Shown piece after piece: positions 31,063-41,221 of a stretch of DNA of 64,000 bases (position 1 is its first letter; every line of letters starts with the position of its first letter). The DNA is from Gemmatimonadota bacterium (GTDB lineage Bacteria; Gemmatimonadota; Gemmatimonadetes; Palauibacterales; Palauibacteraceae), in assembly GCA_963666735.1 (NCBI GenBank), contig OY762926.1, positions 3,904,001 through 3,968,000 on the forward strand. The letters are read 5' to 3'. The position numbers and the translations under genes were made by a program. The notes under the pieces are model-generated. The model worked only from the letters and a program-made list of their open reading frames with translations, did no database searches and was not told where the DNA came from.

Positions 31063-32493
31063 TCATACGCGGACCTCCTCGGCGGGCCGCGGCGCGTCCG
31101 CGGCCTCGAACAGCGGGTCGATCCTTGTGGTCAGGAAGCGCTCCACCTGGCGGGCGGAGCGGCCGATGAGCCGGTGCGGGTCGGCCAGCGCGCGGAGATC
31201 CTCCATGCCGAGCCCGAAGGCGTCATCGGCGGCGATGCGCGCGAAAAAATCGTTGTCCTCCGCGCCCTCGTCGAGCCGTTCGCGCGCGGCGAGCGCGTGT
31301 CCCCGCACCCGTTCGTGCAGGTCCTGCCGGTCGCCGCCCCCCCGCACGCCCGCAATGAGGATCTCCTCGGTGACCATGAAGGGGAGGGCCCGGCCGAGCC
31401 GGCGCGCCACCACGGCCGGGTGAACGACGAGCCCCGCGCTCACGTTGCGGGCGAGGATGAGGAGCGCGTCCGCCGACAGGTAGCCCTCGGGGAGCGAGAT
31501 GCGGCGGTTCGCCGAGTCGTCTAGCGTGCGCTCGAACCACTGCACGGAGGCGGTCCACGAAGCGTCGAGTTCCAGCGTGCAGAGGTGCCGCGCCAGCGCG
31601 CAGATCCGCTCGCTCCGCATGGGGTTGCGCTTGTACGGCATCGCCGACGAACCGATCTGCTGCTTCCCGAACGGCTCCTCGATCTCGCCGAAGGCCTGCA
31701 GGATCCGGATGTCGTGCCCGAAGCGGGCCGTCGAGGCGCCGATGCCGGCGAGCGCCGCGAGCGCCCGGTGGTCGACCTTCCGCGGGTAGGTCTGACCGAT
31801 CACATCGTACGTGCCGGCGAAGCCGAAGCGCGCCGCGAGCCGCTCGTTGAGCCGGTCCACCTTCCCGCCGTCCCCGTCGAAGAGTTCGAGGAACGTCGCC
31901 TCCGTCCCCGTCGTTCCCCGGGCTCCCCGGAAGCGGAGTTCCGCCCGCACGGCCTCGATCTGCTCGAGGTCGAAGAGGAGATCCTGGAGCCAGAGGCAGG
32001 CGCGCTTCCCGATCGTCACGGGCTGGGCCGGCTGGAGGTGCGTGTAGCCGAGCGTGGGCTCGGCGGCCTGCTCGCGGGCGAAGGCCGCGAGGTCTTCGAT
32101 CGTGCCCAGCAGCCGGTCGCGCACGATGTCGAGACCCTGCCGGTGCTGGATGAGGCCGTGGTTGTCGCCCACGAAGGCGCTCGTCGCGCCGAGGTGGATG
32201 TACTTGCGGGCTTCCGGGGCGACCTCGCCGAAGTGATGCACGTGCGCCATGACGTCGTGGCGGAGGTCGCGCTCGATCACGGCGATCCGGTCGAGGTCGA
32301 TCTGCTCCCGCGCCGCGTGCATCGCCACGATGGCGTCGTTGGGAATCTCGACGCCGAGGGCGCGCTCCTCCTCGGCGAGCGCAATCCACAGGTCGCGCCA
32401 GACGAGCGCCTGCATGCGAGGGGAGAAGATCGCCGCCATCTCGCTCGAGGCGTAGCGGTCGATGAGAGGATGTGGGTAGTGACGTTCCGCCAT
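31063..32493 (-). CDS. purB: Adenylosuccinate lyase
   Basis: 'RHDVMAH', 'HLGATS', 'THLQPAQ' and fumarase-superfamily signature 'SSAMPYKRNP'. Confidence 0.95.
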   Translation of the reverse strand: MAERHYPHPLIDRYASSEMAAIFSPRMQALVWRDLWIALAEEERALGVEIPNDAIVAMHAAREQIDLDRIAVIERDLRHDVMAHVHHFGEVAPEARKYIHLGATSAFVGDNHGLIQHRQGLDIVRDRLLGTIEDLAAFAREQAAEPTLGYTHLQPAQPVTIGKRACLWLQDLLFDLEQIEAVRAELRFRGARGTTGTEATFLELFDGDGGKVDRLNERLAARFGFAGTYDVIGQTYPRKVDHRALAALAGIGASTARFGHDIRILQAFGEIEEPFGKQQIGSSAMPYKRNPMRSERICALARHLCTLELDASWTASVQWFERTLDDSANRRISLPEGYLSADALLILARNVSAGLVVHPAVVARRLGRALPFMVTEEILIAGVRGGGDRQDLHERVRGHALAARERLDEGAEDNDFFARIAADDAFGLGMEDLRALADPHRLIGRSARQVERFLTTRIDPLFEAADAPRPAEEVRV

Positions 32494-32601
32494 CAGGCGC
32501 GTAGTCCGGATCCAGCGGCCCACCCGGGGCGACCTCGGTCGCCGTAAGGTCGCAGTCTAGCCTCTCGGCGTCCCGCGCAAAAGTCCCGGAGGGGTCAGCG
32601 G

Positions 32602-34107
32602 TGTCAAACCGCAATAGAAATGTCCGGGGTTAGAGCGCAGTAGAAATGTCCTCCCCCGGCGGTTCGGTTCTGCCCCGCTCCGGGGCCGGTTCGGGGGAGC
32701 GGGGCGGTTCCTTCTCGTTGGATATCGCTTCTCGCTCGCGGCGGAGGTCTCGGCGCGCGACGGCCTGCTGGACGGAGGCTTGGAAGTGCTTGCGCCACGG
32801 GTGGTCCGGAGCTGGCTTCGGGGGCGCGGGCCTCGGCTTCGCCGGCTTGGCGGGCGCGGGAGGGGCCGGGGCCCGGCGCGCGGGTTCGAGCTCCAGATAG
32901 CGCTCGCCGAGGCGAAAGCGGGTCTGGCCGCCGAGGCGGCGCTCGACGATGATCTCGTCTCCGGGGGCGATGCCGGCGGCCTCGTTCTCCGGGATCTGCC
33001 AGTGGCGGTTCCGGAAGCGGATCGTGAAGTCGCGGGCCACGACGCGGGTCTCCGTCTCGGCGAAGAGCGCCTCGAGGTCCACGCCGTCCGGGAGCGGGCG
33101 GTGCGCGTCGCGGGGGTCGGCGGGCTCGACGGCGAAGCGTTCGTTCCAGAACGGAACCCAGTAGTCCTGCAGGAAGCGGTTGGCCCCCTCCAGCGTGGCG
33201 ATCCCCTCCACCCGCATCTCCCTGACCAGCCGATCCTGCGCGGTGCCGAAGCTCCGCTCGACCCGGCCCTTGGCCTGCGGGGAGCCCGCGAGGATCACCT
33301 CGACCCCCAACTCGCCCAACCCCCGGGCGATGATCGTGTCCGTGCGCTCCTCCTTCTTCGACAGCCACTGCCCGAAGTGTCCGGCGTGGTCGGTGTACAC
33401 CGCCACCGGGCGGCCGTGGCGGCGCAGGTAGCCGATGATCGCCCGCCGGTTCTCCGCCCCGTCGTCGCGCGCCGCGAAGCGGGCCCATCATCAGCCGGCT
33501 CGTCGCGTCGTCGTGGATCGAGATCAGCACCTGTCCTCCCGCCGCCCGCTCCTCCAGCCACGGATGCACCGAGCTGTCCCACTGCCCCAGCTCGCCCAGC
33601 GCCGCCCGCCTCGGACGCCGGCGGCGGTGCTTCGCGCGCTTGCGGCGACGCTCCCACAGCCCGGCCTCCAGCATCCAGCACCGCAGCGTCTCCGCGCTCA
33701 GACGCAGCCCGAAGCGTCTTTCCAGGTGTTCCGCAAGCAGCGTCGGCCCGAAGTCCCGGTACAGCGGATCCCTCGCAACCTCCAGCGCCCGCTCCCGATC
33801 TTCCGCGCGCAGCGCCCGGTTCGACCGCCGTCCCCGCAGGCCGTGTACCGCCGCCGCATCGCCCTCCGCCTCGAACCTCCGGCGCAACCGGCGAAAATGC
33901 CGCCGAGTCACGCCGATCCGCTCCGCTCCCGCAGCGACCGTCAGCACTCCCTCGCTCACCTGTCTCAGCACCGAGATGCGATCCCGCTCCCTCAGACTCA
34001 AGTCCATCCGCTCCTCTCCCGGATCCCGTTCCGCCGTTGACCGAACATGGACCGTAAGAGGACATTTCTACTTGGCTAAGGGGGGACATTTCTACTTTGG
34101 TACGACA
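32602..34107 (-). mobile_element. Insertion sequence, IS1202-family (ISNCY/IS481-related), 1506 bp
   Basis: Ends TGTC...GACA; imperfect terminal IRs, each with two TAGAAATGTCC boxes; flanked by an exact 17-bp direct repeat CCCGGAGGGGTCAGCGG (32585-32601 and 34108-34124). Confidence 0.92.
32630..34007 (-). pseudogene. DDE transposase with a +1 frameshift near 33484
   Basis: HTH and 'DFGPTL', 'QWDSS', 'DDATSR' lie in one frame; 'YTDH' and 'SPQAKGRVER' lie in another. Removing one base from ATGGGCCCGCTTC restores a continuous 'LMM(A/G)RFAARDD'. Confidence 0.85.
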
Positions 34108-34117
34108 CCCGGAGGGG

Positions 34118-35620
34118 TCAGCGGACACGGAAAGGCTGGAGGTATCCGATCTCCGTCCCGCGCGCGATGTAGAGTTGCACCGAGCCGTCGCGGGACCGCG
34201 CGTAGTAGTCGAAGAGTTCGCCCGCGTCCTCGGCGGAGCGCACCTCGTTGCGGTTGATGCTGAGGATGACGTCGCCCTCTCGGAGCCTCGTCCCGCGAGC
34301 TTCCTCCCCGACGGAGGCGATGAGCGCGCCGGCGTCGACCCGCAGGTTGAGTTCCTGCTGGATCTGCGGCGTGACCGTGATCAGCCGGAGTCCCGCGAGG
34401 ACTTCGATCCGCTCGGCCCGCCCCGTGGGTACCTCGTCCAGCCGGAATCGCGCCTGTAGTTCACGTCCCCCTCGGTGGAAGGTCACGTCCACCGTCGATC
34501 CCACTCCGGCGTCCACCAGTCCCACCTGCCAGTCGAGATCGTGATTGATGACGCGCCCGTTGAGCGTCACGATCTCGTCCCCCGCCCGCAGTCCGGCCGC
34601 GTCGGCCGGCGTTCCCTCAAGGACCTCGACGACGAGCGGCCGGCCGAAGACGGACTCGGGGTCGGGCCGGTCGGTGAGCACCTGAAGTCCCGCCCATGGC
34701 CGGCGCACGCGCCCGAACTGGAGGAGTTCCGAGGCGACGACGAGCGCCCGGTCGATGGGGATCGCGAAGCCCATCCCCTCCGATCCCCCGGAGCGCGAGA
34801 AGATCGAACTGTTCACGCCGATGACGTCGCCTTCCGCGTTTGCCAGCGGGCCGCCCGAATTTCCCGGGTTGATCGACGCGTCGGTCTGGATCATGTCGGC
34901 GTAGAGCACCTCCTGGCCGCCCGCCGCCTGGATGTCGCGCCCGACGCCGCTCACGACTCCCGAGGTGACGGTCGCTTCGGTGTTGCGGAGGGCGTAGCCC
35001 GACGGATTCCCCAGCGCCACCGCGGGCTCCCCGATAAGAAGATTCGAGGACGTGCCCAGCGGAGCCGCCGGCACCCGGTCGGGAGGAACCCTCACGACGG
35101 CGAGGTCGGTGAGTTCGTCGAAGCCGACCACTTCGGCCTCGAACCGCTGCCCGACGCGGTCCACGACCTCGATTCGGTCCGCCCCGCTCACGACGTGTGC
35201 GTTGGTGATGATGGTGCCCGCGTCATCGATGGCGAACCCGGAGCCCAGACCGGCCTCGACCCGGGAACGGCCGCGCCGGTTGAAGAAGCGGTCGAACATG
35301 TCCTGCGACTGGACGGTCCGCTCCGTCCGAAGGCTGACGACGGAGGGGAGCACGCGGACCGCGGCGATGACCGTGGGCGTCCGCCGGGCCCCGGAGATCT
35401 CGGCCACCGACTGGGGAGCGGTCCGGTCTGCGGGGTCCGCCAGGGACGTGCGGGCAAACGGGTTGTTCGCGGGCCGGCTCTCCTCCGGCTGCGGAGGCCC
35501 GTTCCCCAGTGTGGTGACGAGCGCCCCCACTCCGAGGCCGGCAAAGATCAGGACCGTGGCCGCGACGACTACGCGGGCGGCCGACACCAGCATTCTCCCG
35601 ACCCGATTTCCCTCGTTCAT
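34118..35620 (-). CDS. htrA: HtrA/DegP-family serine protease with two PDZ domains
   Basis: 'GSGF', 'TNAHVV', 'DLAVV', 'IQTDASINPGNSGGPL', two PDZ domains, N-terminal TM. Confidence 0.93.
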   Translation of the reverse strand: MNEGNRVGRMLVSAARVVVAATVLIFAGLGVGALVTTLGNGPPQPEESRPANNPFARTSLADPADRTAPQSVAEISGARRTPTVIAAVRVLPSVVSLRTERTVQSQDMFDRFFNRRGRSRVEAGLGSGFAIDDAGTIITNAHVVSGADRIEVVDRVGQRFEAEVVGFDELTDLAVVRVPPDRVPAAPLGTSSNLLIGEPAVALGNPSGYALRNTEATVTSGVVSGVGRDIQAAGGQEVLYADMIQTDASINPGNSGGPLANAEGDVIGVNSSIFSRSGGSEGMGFAIPIDRALVVASELLQFGRVRRPWAGLQVLTDRPDPESVFGRPLVVEVLEGTPADAAGLRAGDEIVTLNGRVINHDLDWQVGLVDAGVGSTVDVTFHRGGRELQARFRLDEVPTGRAERIEVLAGLRLITVTPQIQQELNLRVDAGALIASVGEEARGTRLREGDVILSINRNEVRSAEDAGELFDYYARSRDGSVQLYIARGTEIGYLQPFRVR

Positions 35621-35713
35621 CTTCCCTCGCTCATGGACCCCGCTACCCGGTATACGATAACTGTACGCCGAACCACCCCGCAGGGTTCACGTCCAAAACC
35701 CGGCGATGCCCGC

Positions 35714-36526
35714 TCAATGCCCGCGGGCGGGGAGCCACGGGATCCCGGGGCCGGAATTCCATTCGCCGCCGTAGCGCACCCCCGTCAGGTAGAGTCCGCC
35801 GGGCGGGGCGGGGAAGACGGCCCGAGTCCCGGCCTCTCCCGCCAACAGTCGCTCGAAGTCCTCGAACGGTCGGCGCCCCGCGGCGATCTCCACGGAAGTC
35901 CCCACCAGGTAGCGCACCATGTGGTGGAGGAAGCGGTCGGCGACGATCTCGAAGAAGAGGAAGGGAGGACGATCGAAGCACCAGGCGGCGCTCGCGACGC
36001 GGCATCGCGTCCCCCGCCCGGGCTGCCCGGCGCGGGCGAACCGGTCGAACGACCGTTCCCCGGGGATGGCCGCCGCCAGCCGGGCGAGCGCGTCGCGGTC
36101 GAGCGGCCGCCGCGGGATCCAGGCGCGGTCGCGCAGGAACGGCCGCCTCCGGCCGCCCTCCGCGATCACGTATCGGTAACGGCGCCCCTCGGCGTCGAAG
36201 CGCGGATGGAAATCGGCCGCCGCGGCCCTCACCTTCCGAACGGCGACGTCGTCGGGAAGGGTGGCCCCGAGCGCCCGGGCCAGTGCCTCCGGGCTCCAGG
36301 CGGGGGGCGGGCCGAACGCGATCTCCTGCGCCGTCGCGTGAACCCCCGCGTCGGTGCGGCCGGCGAGGTCGACTCGGACAGGCCCATCGAAGAGTTTTCC
36401 GAGCGCTTCCTCCACCTCGCGCTGGACGGTGCGCACTCCGGGCTGTAGTTGGGATCCGTGGAACGAGGTCCCATCGTACTCGGTCGTGGCCCGGAAACGG
36501 GCCGGCGGGGCCGTGGAATCCGACAT
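35714..36526 (-). CDS. truA: tRNA pseudouridine(38-40) synthase
   Basis: 'YDGTSFHG', 'GRTDAGVHA', 'FHPRFDA', 'FLHHMVR', 'APPGGLYL'. Confidence 0.95.
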   Translation of the reverse strand: MSDSTAPPARFRATTEYDGTSFHGSQLQPGVRTVQREVEEALGKLFDGPVRVDLAGRTDAGVHATAQEIAFGPPPAWSPEALARALGATLPDDVAVRKVRAAAADFHPRFDAEGRRYRYVIAEGGRRRPFLRDRAWIPRRPLDRDALARLAAAIPGERSFDRFARAGQPGRGTRCRVASAAWCFDRPPFLFFEIVADRFLHHMVRYLVGTSVEIAAGRRPFEDFERLLAGEAGTRAVFPAPPGGLYLTGVRYGGEWNSGPGIPWLPARGH

Positions 36527-36550
36527 GCGCGAAGATTAGCGACTTCCGGG

Positions 36551-36578
36551 CGGCGAGGGGAAACCGGCGAGGGGAAAC
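36551..36578. repeat. 14-bp exact tandem duplication (CGGCGAGGGGAAAC)x2
   Basis: In the short divergent truA/trpD spacer, just before the AGGAGG RBS of trpD. Confidence 0.85.
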
Positions 36579-36592
36579 CAGGAGGCATCGAG

Positions 36593-37606
36593 GTGACGAA
36601 CACGATCCGGCGCGTCCTCTCCGGGGAAACCCTGGATGCGGCGACCGCCGAAGCCACGTTCGACCGCTTCATGAGCGGCGACGCCACGCAGGCGGAGATG
36701 GCCGCGCTCCTTGCGGCGCTCAGGATGCGCGGCGCAACGCCGGCGGAGGTGGCCGGGGGGGTCCGCGCGCTGCGGAAGGCCATGATCCCGCTCGCCCTCG
36801 ACGACGATCGCATCATCGACACCTGCGGCACGGGCGGCGGCACGCTGACCACGTTCAACATCTCGACCGCCGCCGCCGTCGTCGCCGCGGCCGGCGGCGT
36901 CCGCATCGCGAAACACGGAAACCGTTCGTTCACCTCCAAGTGCGGCAGCGCCGACGTGCTCGAGATGCTCGGCATCCCCATCGAGCTTCCTCTGGAAGAT
37001 GAGAAGCGGATGTTCGAGGCGACCGGGTTCGTGTTCATGTTCGCGCCGGCCCACCACCCGGCCATGCGGCACGTGGGCCCGGTCCGCGCCGCGCTCGGCG
37101 TGACCACGATCATGAACCTGCTCGGACCGCTCGCGAACCCGGCGGGCGTGCGCCGGCAGATCGTCGGCGTCGCCCACCGGGATGTTCAGCGCCTCGTCGC
37201 CGACGCCCTCCTCGAACTCGGTCACGTGCGCGCGCTCGTCGTCCACGGCGAGCCCGGCATGGACGAACTGAGTCCGCTCGGCCCGACCCGGGTCTTCCGC
37301 GTCGAGAACGGGACGCTGTTCGAATTCGAGGTTGCGCCGTCCGACTTCGGCTGGCCGGAATACGCGCCCGCCGATCTGGCCGGAGGCGAGCCGGAGGAGA
37401 ACGCGGAGCGGGTCCGGCGCGTCATCGGCGGCGGCGAAGCCGGGGCCGGCCGCGCGGCCGTCGTGCTCAACGCGGCGGCCGCCTTCTGGGCCGCCGGCGC
37501 CGTGGACACCCTGGCCGCCGGCGTCGCCGCCGCCGAGCAATCCATCGATTCGGGTGCCGCAGAAGCGCAACTTCAATCCCTGCAATCGTTTCAACCGAAA
37601 ACGTGA
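36593..37606 (+). CDS. trpD: Anthranilate phosphoribosyltransferase
   Basis: AGGAGG RBS plus GTG; 'DTCGTGG', 'FNIST', 'KHGNRS', 'GSADVLE', 'NLLGPLANP', 'GMDE'. Confidence 0.95.
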   Translation: MTNTIRRVLSGETLDAATAEATFDRFMSGDATQAEMAALLAALRMRGATPAEVAGGVRALRKAMIPLALDDDRIIDTCGTGGGTLTTFNISTAAAVVAAAGGVRIAKHGNRSFTSKCGSADVLEMLGIPIELPLEDEKRMFEATGFVFMFAPAHHPAMRHVGPVRAALGVTTIMNLLGPLANPAGVRRQIVGVAHRDVQRLVADALLELGHVRALVVHGEPGMDELSPLGPTRVFRVENGTLFEFEVAPSDFGWPEYAPADLAGGEPEENAERVRRVIGGGEAGAGRAAVVLNAAAAFWAAGAVDTLAAGVAAAEQSIDSGAAEAQLQSLQSFQPKT

Positions 37607-37752
37607 CTCTTGTTGTGCCGGCGCGTGTGCCGGCGACGGGAACCTCCGCCCCGACGGTTTTTGTGGGAGGTGGGTGGCCGTCGGGACGGGAACTCTCGGG
37701 GAGTCGAGAGCGGTCCTCCGTCAGTTGCGGTGAGGTGTCTCGTTCCGGGCGT

Positions 37753-38361
37753 TCAGTAGCGCCGGATCACTCCGATCACCACGCCCTGGACCGTGACCTG
37801 CGATGGGTGCAGGTATAACGGCGTGAGCGCCGGATTCGCGGGCTGAAGCCGAACCTGCCCGTGCTCCAGGTAGATCTTCTTCATGGTGGCGTTCTCGCCG
37901 TCGACGAGCGCGATCACCATCTCGCCGTTGTGCGCCGTCTCCCGCGACTGGACGATGACGTAGTCTCCGTCGCGGATCTGTTCGTCGATCATCGAGTCGC
38001 CGCGGACCCGCAGCACGTAGTGTTCGCTCAGGGAACCGGAGATCATGTCTTCGGGAACGGAGACCGTCTCCTGCTCCTCGATGACCTCTATGGGCTGGCC
38101 GGCCGCCACGTTGCCGTACAGCCGCAGTTCGACCGCGGCGACCTGGAGTTTTCCTTCCACCAGTTCGACCGACCGGCTTTCATTGTAGTTTTTTCGTATA
38201 TACCCCTTCGCCTGCAGGTTCTCGAGATGTTCGTGGACCGTCGCGAGCGAGCGGTAGCCGAACTCCTCCGCGATCTCCTCGAAGCTCGGGGAATACCCGC
38301 GGAACCGTATGAAGCCCTCGAGGAAGTCCAGCATCTCGCGCTGTCGCTTCGTTAGCGCCAT
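37753..38361 (-). CDS. lexA: SOS transcriptional repressor LexA
   Basis: wHTH 'LTKRQ...PSFEEIA...TVHEHL...KGYI', cleavage site 'VAAG', catalytic 'GDSM' Ser and 'TMKK' Lys. Confidence 0.95.
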   Translation of the reverse strand: MALTKRQREMLDFLEGFIRFRGYSPSFEEIAEEFGYRSLATVHEHLENLQAKGYIRKNYNESRSVELVEGKLQVAAVELRLYGNVAAGQPIEVIEEQETVSVPEDMISGSLSEHYVLRVRGDSMIDEQIRDGDYVIVQSRETAHNGEMVIALVDGENATMKKIYLEHGQVRLQPANPALTPLYLHPSQVTVQGVVIGVIRRY

Positions 38362-38422
38362 CGTTTCTCCCTCCGCTCGTGCTTCCGCGCTTGCGCGGTC
38401 CGCCGCAGACCCTCGCCGCAGA

Positions 38423-38459
38423 CCGAATATTGTCCGAAGCTACCCGAATAAGGACCGAA
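38423..38459. promoter_or_regulatory. Candidate LexA operators: two CCGAA-N6-CCGAA direct repeats
   Basis: CCGAATATTGTCCGAA (38423-38438) and CCGAATAAGGACCGAA (38444-38459) in the AT-richer lexA/trpC divergent spacer. Confidence 0.6.
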
Positions 38460-38536
38460 TTGCAAGCTTCCGCACGAACCGTCGCGACGGCCGGGGGTTT
38501 TGCGGCGGAATACCGACGGTCGCAGCTTGGCGCCCC

Positions 38537-39358
38537 ATGACAGCTCACACGATTCTCGAAGAGATCCTCGCGGCGAAGCGGGAGGAGGTCGCGCGACTCC
38601 AGTTGTTCCGGAGCGCGATTCGCGGCCAGGCGGAGGAAGCCGCGCCCCCGCGCGGTTTCGAGGCGTCTCTGCGCCGGCCCGGGGAAGTCTCCGTGGTCGC
38701 GGAGTTCAAGCGCCGCTCTCCGTCCGCCGGCGACATCAACCCCTACGCCCAGGCGGCGGGCGTGGCGAGCGTGTACGCCTCCGCGGGGGCGGCCGCGATC
38801 TCGGTCCTCACGGATGAACGCCATTTCGGCGGCTCGCTGGACGATCTCAGGTCGGCGAAGGACGCGGTGGGGGTTCCCGTCCTCCGCAAGGATTTCACGC
38901 TGGATCCCGTCCAGTTGTACGAGGCGCGGGCCGCGGGCGCGGATGCGGTCCTGCTCATCGTGCGCGCGCTCGGCGACGCCCGGCTGCGGGAACTGCTGGA
39001 ACTCGCGGCCGACATCGGCCTCGCGGCGCTCGTGGAGGCGCACGACGAGGAAGAGATGGAGCGGGCGCTCGAAGCCGGGGCCCGAATCATCGGCGTGAAC
39101 GCGCGCGATCTCGCGTCCTTCAAGGTGGACCTCGAGCGCTCGCTGAGCCTGATCGCGGAGCTTCCGGCCGACGTCGTGGCCGTGGCGGAGAGCGGGATCC
39201 GGTCCGCGGAGGACGCGGCGGCGGCGGGCTCCGCGGGAGCCGACGCGGTTCTGGTCGGCGGCTGGCTGATGGCGGGCGATCCCTCGGCGGGGGTGGAGGC
39301 GCTCGTCGGCCATCCCAAGCGCCCCCGGAGCGCTCCGATGCCCCGGGGCACGCCGTGA
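38537..39358 (+). CDS. trpC: Indole-3-glycerol phosphate synthase
   Basis: 'AEFKRRSPSAG', 'SVLTDERHFGG', 'LRKDF', 'GADAVLLI', 'GVNARDL', 'AESGI'. Confidence 0.95.
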   Translation: MTAHTILEEILAAKREEVARLQLFRSAIRGQAEEAAPPRGFEASLRRPGEVSVVAEFKRRSPSAGDINPYAQAAGVASVYASAGAAAISVLTDERHFGGSLDDLRSAKDAVGVPVLRKDFTLDPVQLYEARAAGADAVLLIVRALGDARLRELLELAADIGLAALVEAHDEEEMERALEAGARIIGVNARDLASFKVDLERSLSLIAELPADVVAVAESGIRSAEDAAAAGSAGADAVLVGGWLMAGDPSAGVEALVGHPKRPRSAPMPRGTP

Positions 39359-39995
39359 ACGAGGTTCGGGTGAAGATCTGCGGCCTCAGGGACCCGCGGC
39401 ACGCCGCCGCGGCTTCCCGCGCGGGCGCCGACTACATCGGCGTGGTGTTCGCGGGCCGCGTGCGGGAGGTCACTGCCGAGGAGGCCGGCGCGGTCGTGGC
39501 CGCCTTCGAGGGCGGCACGCGGGCCGTGGGCGTGTTCCTTGACGCGAGCCCGGCGGAGATCCTCCGGACCCGGGACGCTGCGGGGCTCCACGTCGCCCAG
39601 CTCGCCGGCGCGGAGCCGCCCGAAGTCTGCGATCGCCTGCGGGACGAGGGGTTGGGCGTGTGGAAGGGCCTCCGGCCCACGTCGAGCGCCGCGCTGGTCC
39701 GCGCGTGGGACGAGTACCGCGAGGCGGCGGACGCGATCCTCGTGGAGGGGTTCTCGCCGCGCGGACCCGGAGGTACCGGGACCGCCTTCCCGTACGAGTG
39801 GCTGTCGGAACTCGCGCGGGATGGGTGTGCCCTCGCGCTCGCGGGCGGACTGGAGGCGGCCACCGTGGCGCGCGCGATCCGTGACGCGCGTCCCGACATC
39901 GTCGATGTCTCCTCGGGCGTCGAGCGGGCGCCCGGCGTGAAGTCTCTCGAGCGGGTCCTCGAGTTCCTGGCCGCGGTGCGTCGCGGTCTCCCGGC

Positions 39996-39999
<4 letters not shown>
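39355..39999 (+). CDS. trpF: Phosphoribosylanthranilate isomerase
   Basis: 'VKICG', 'GGTG', 'LAGGL', 'VDVSSGVE'. Confidence 0.93.
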
Positions 40000-41219
<1,220 letters not shown>

Positions 41220-41221
41220 CC

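Noticed and set aside
38362..38536. Trp attenuator or leader peptide ahead of trpC (also checked before trpD)
   Set aside because: No short ORF with tandem Trp codons and no terminator/antiterminator recognised.
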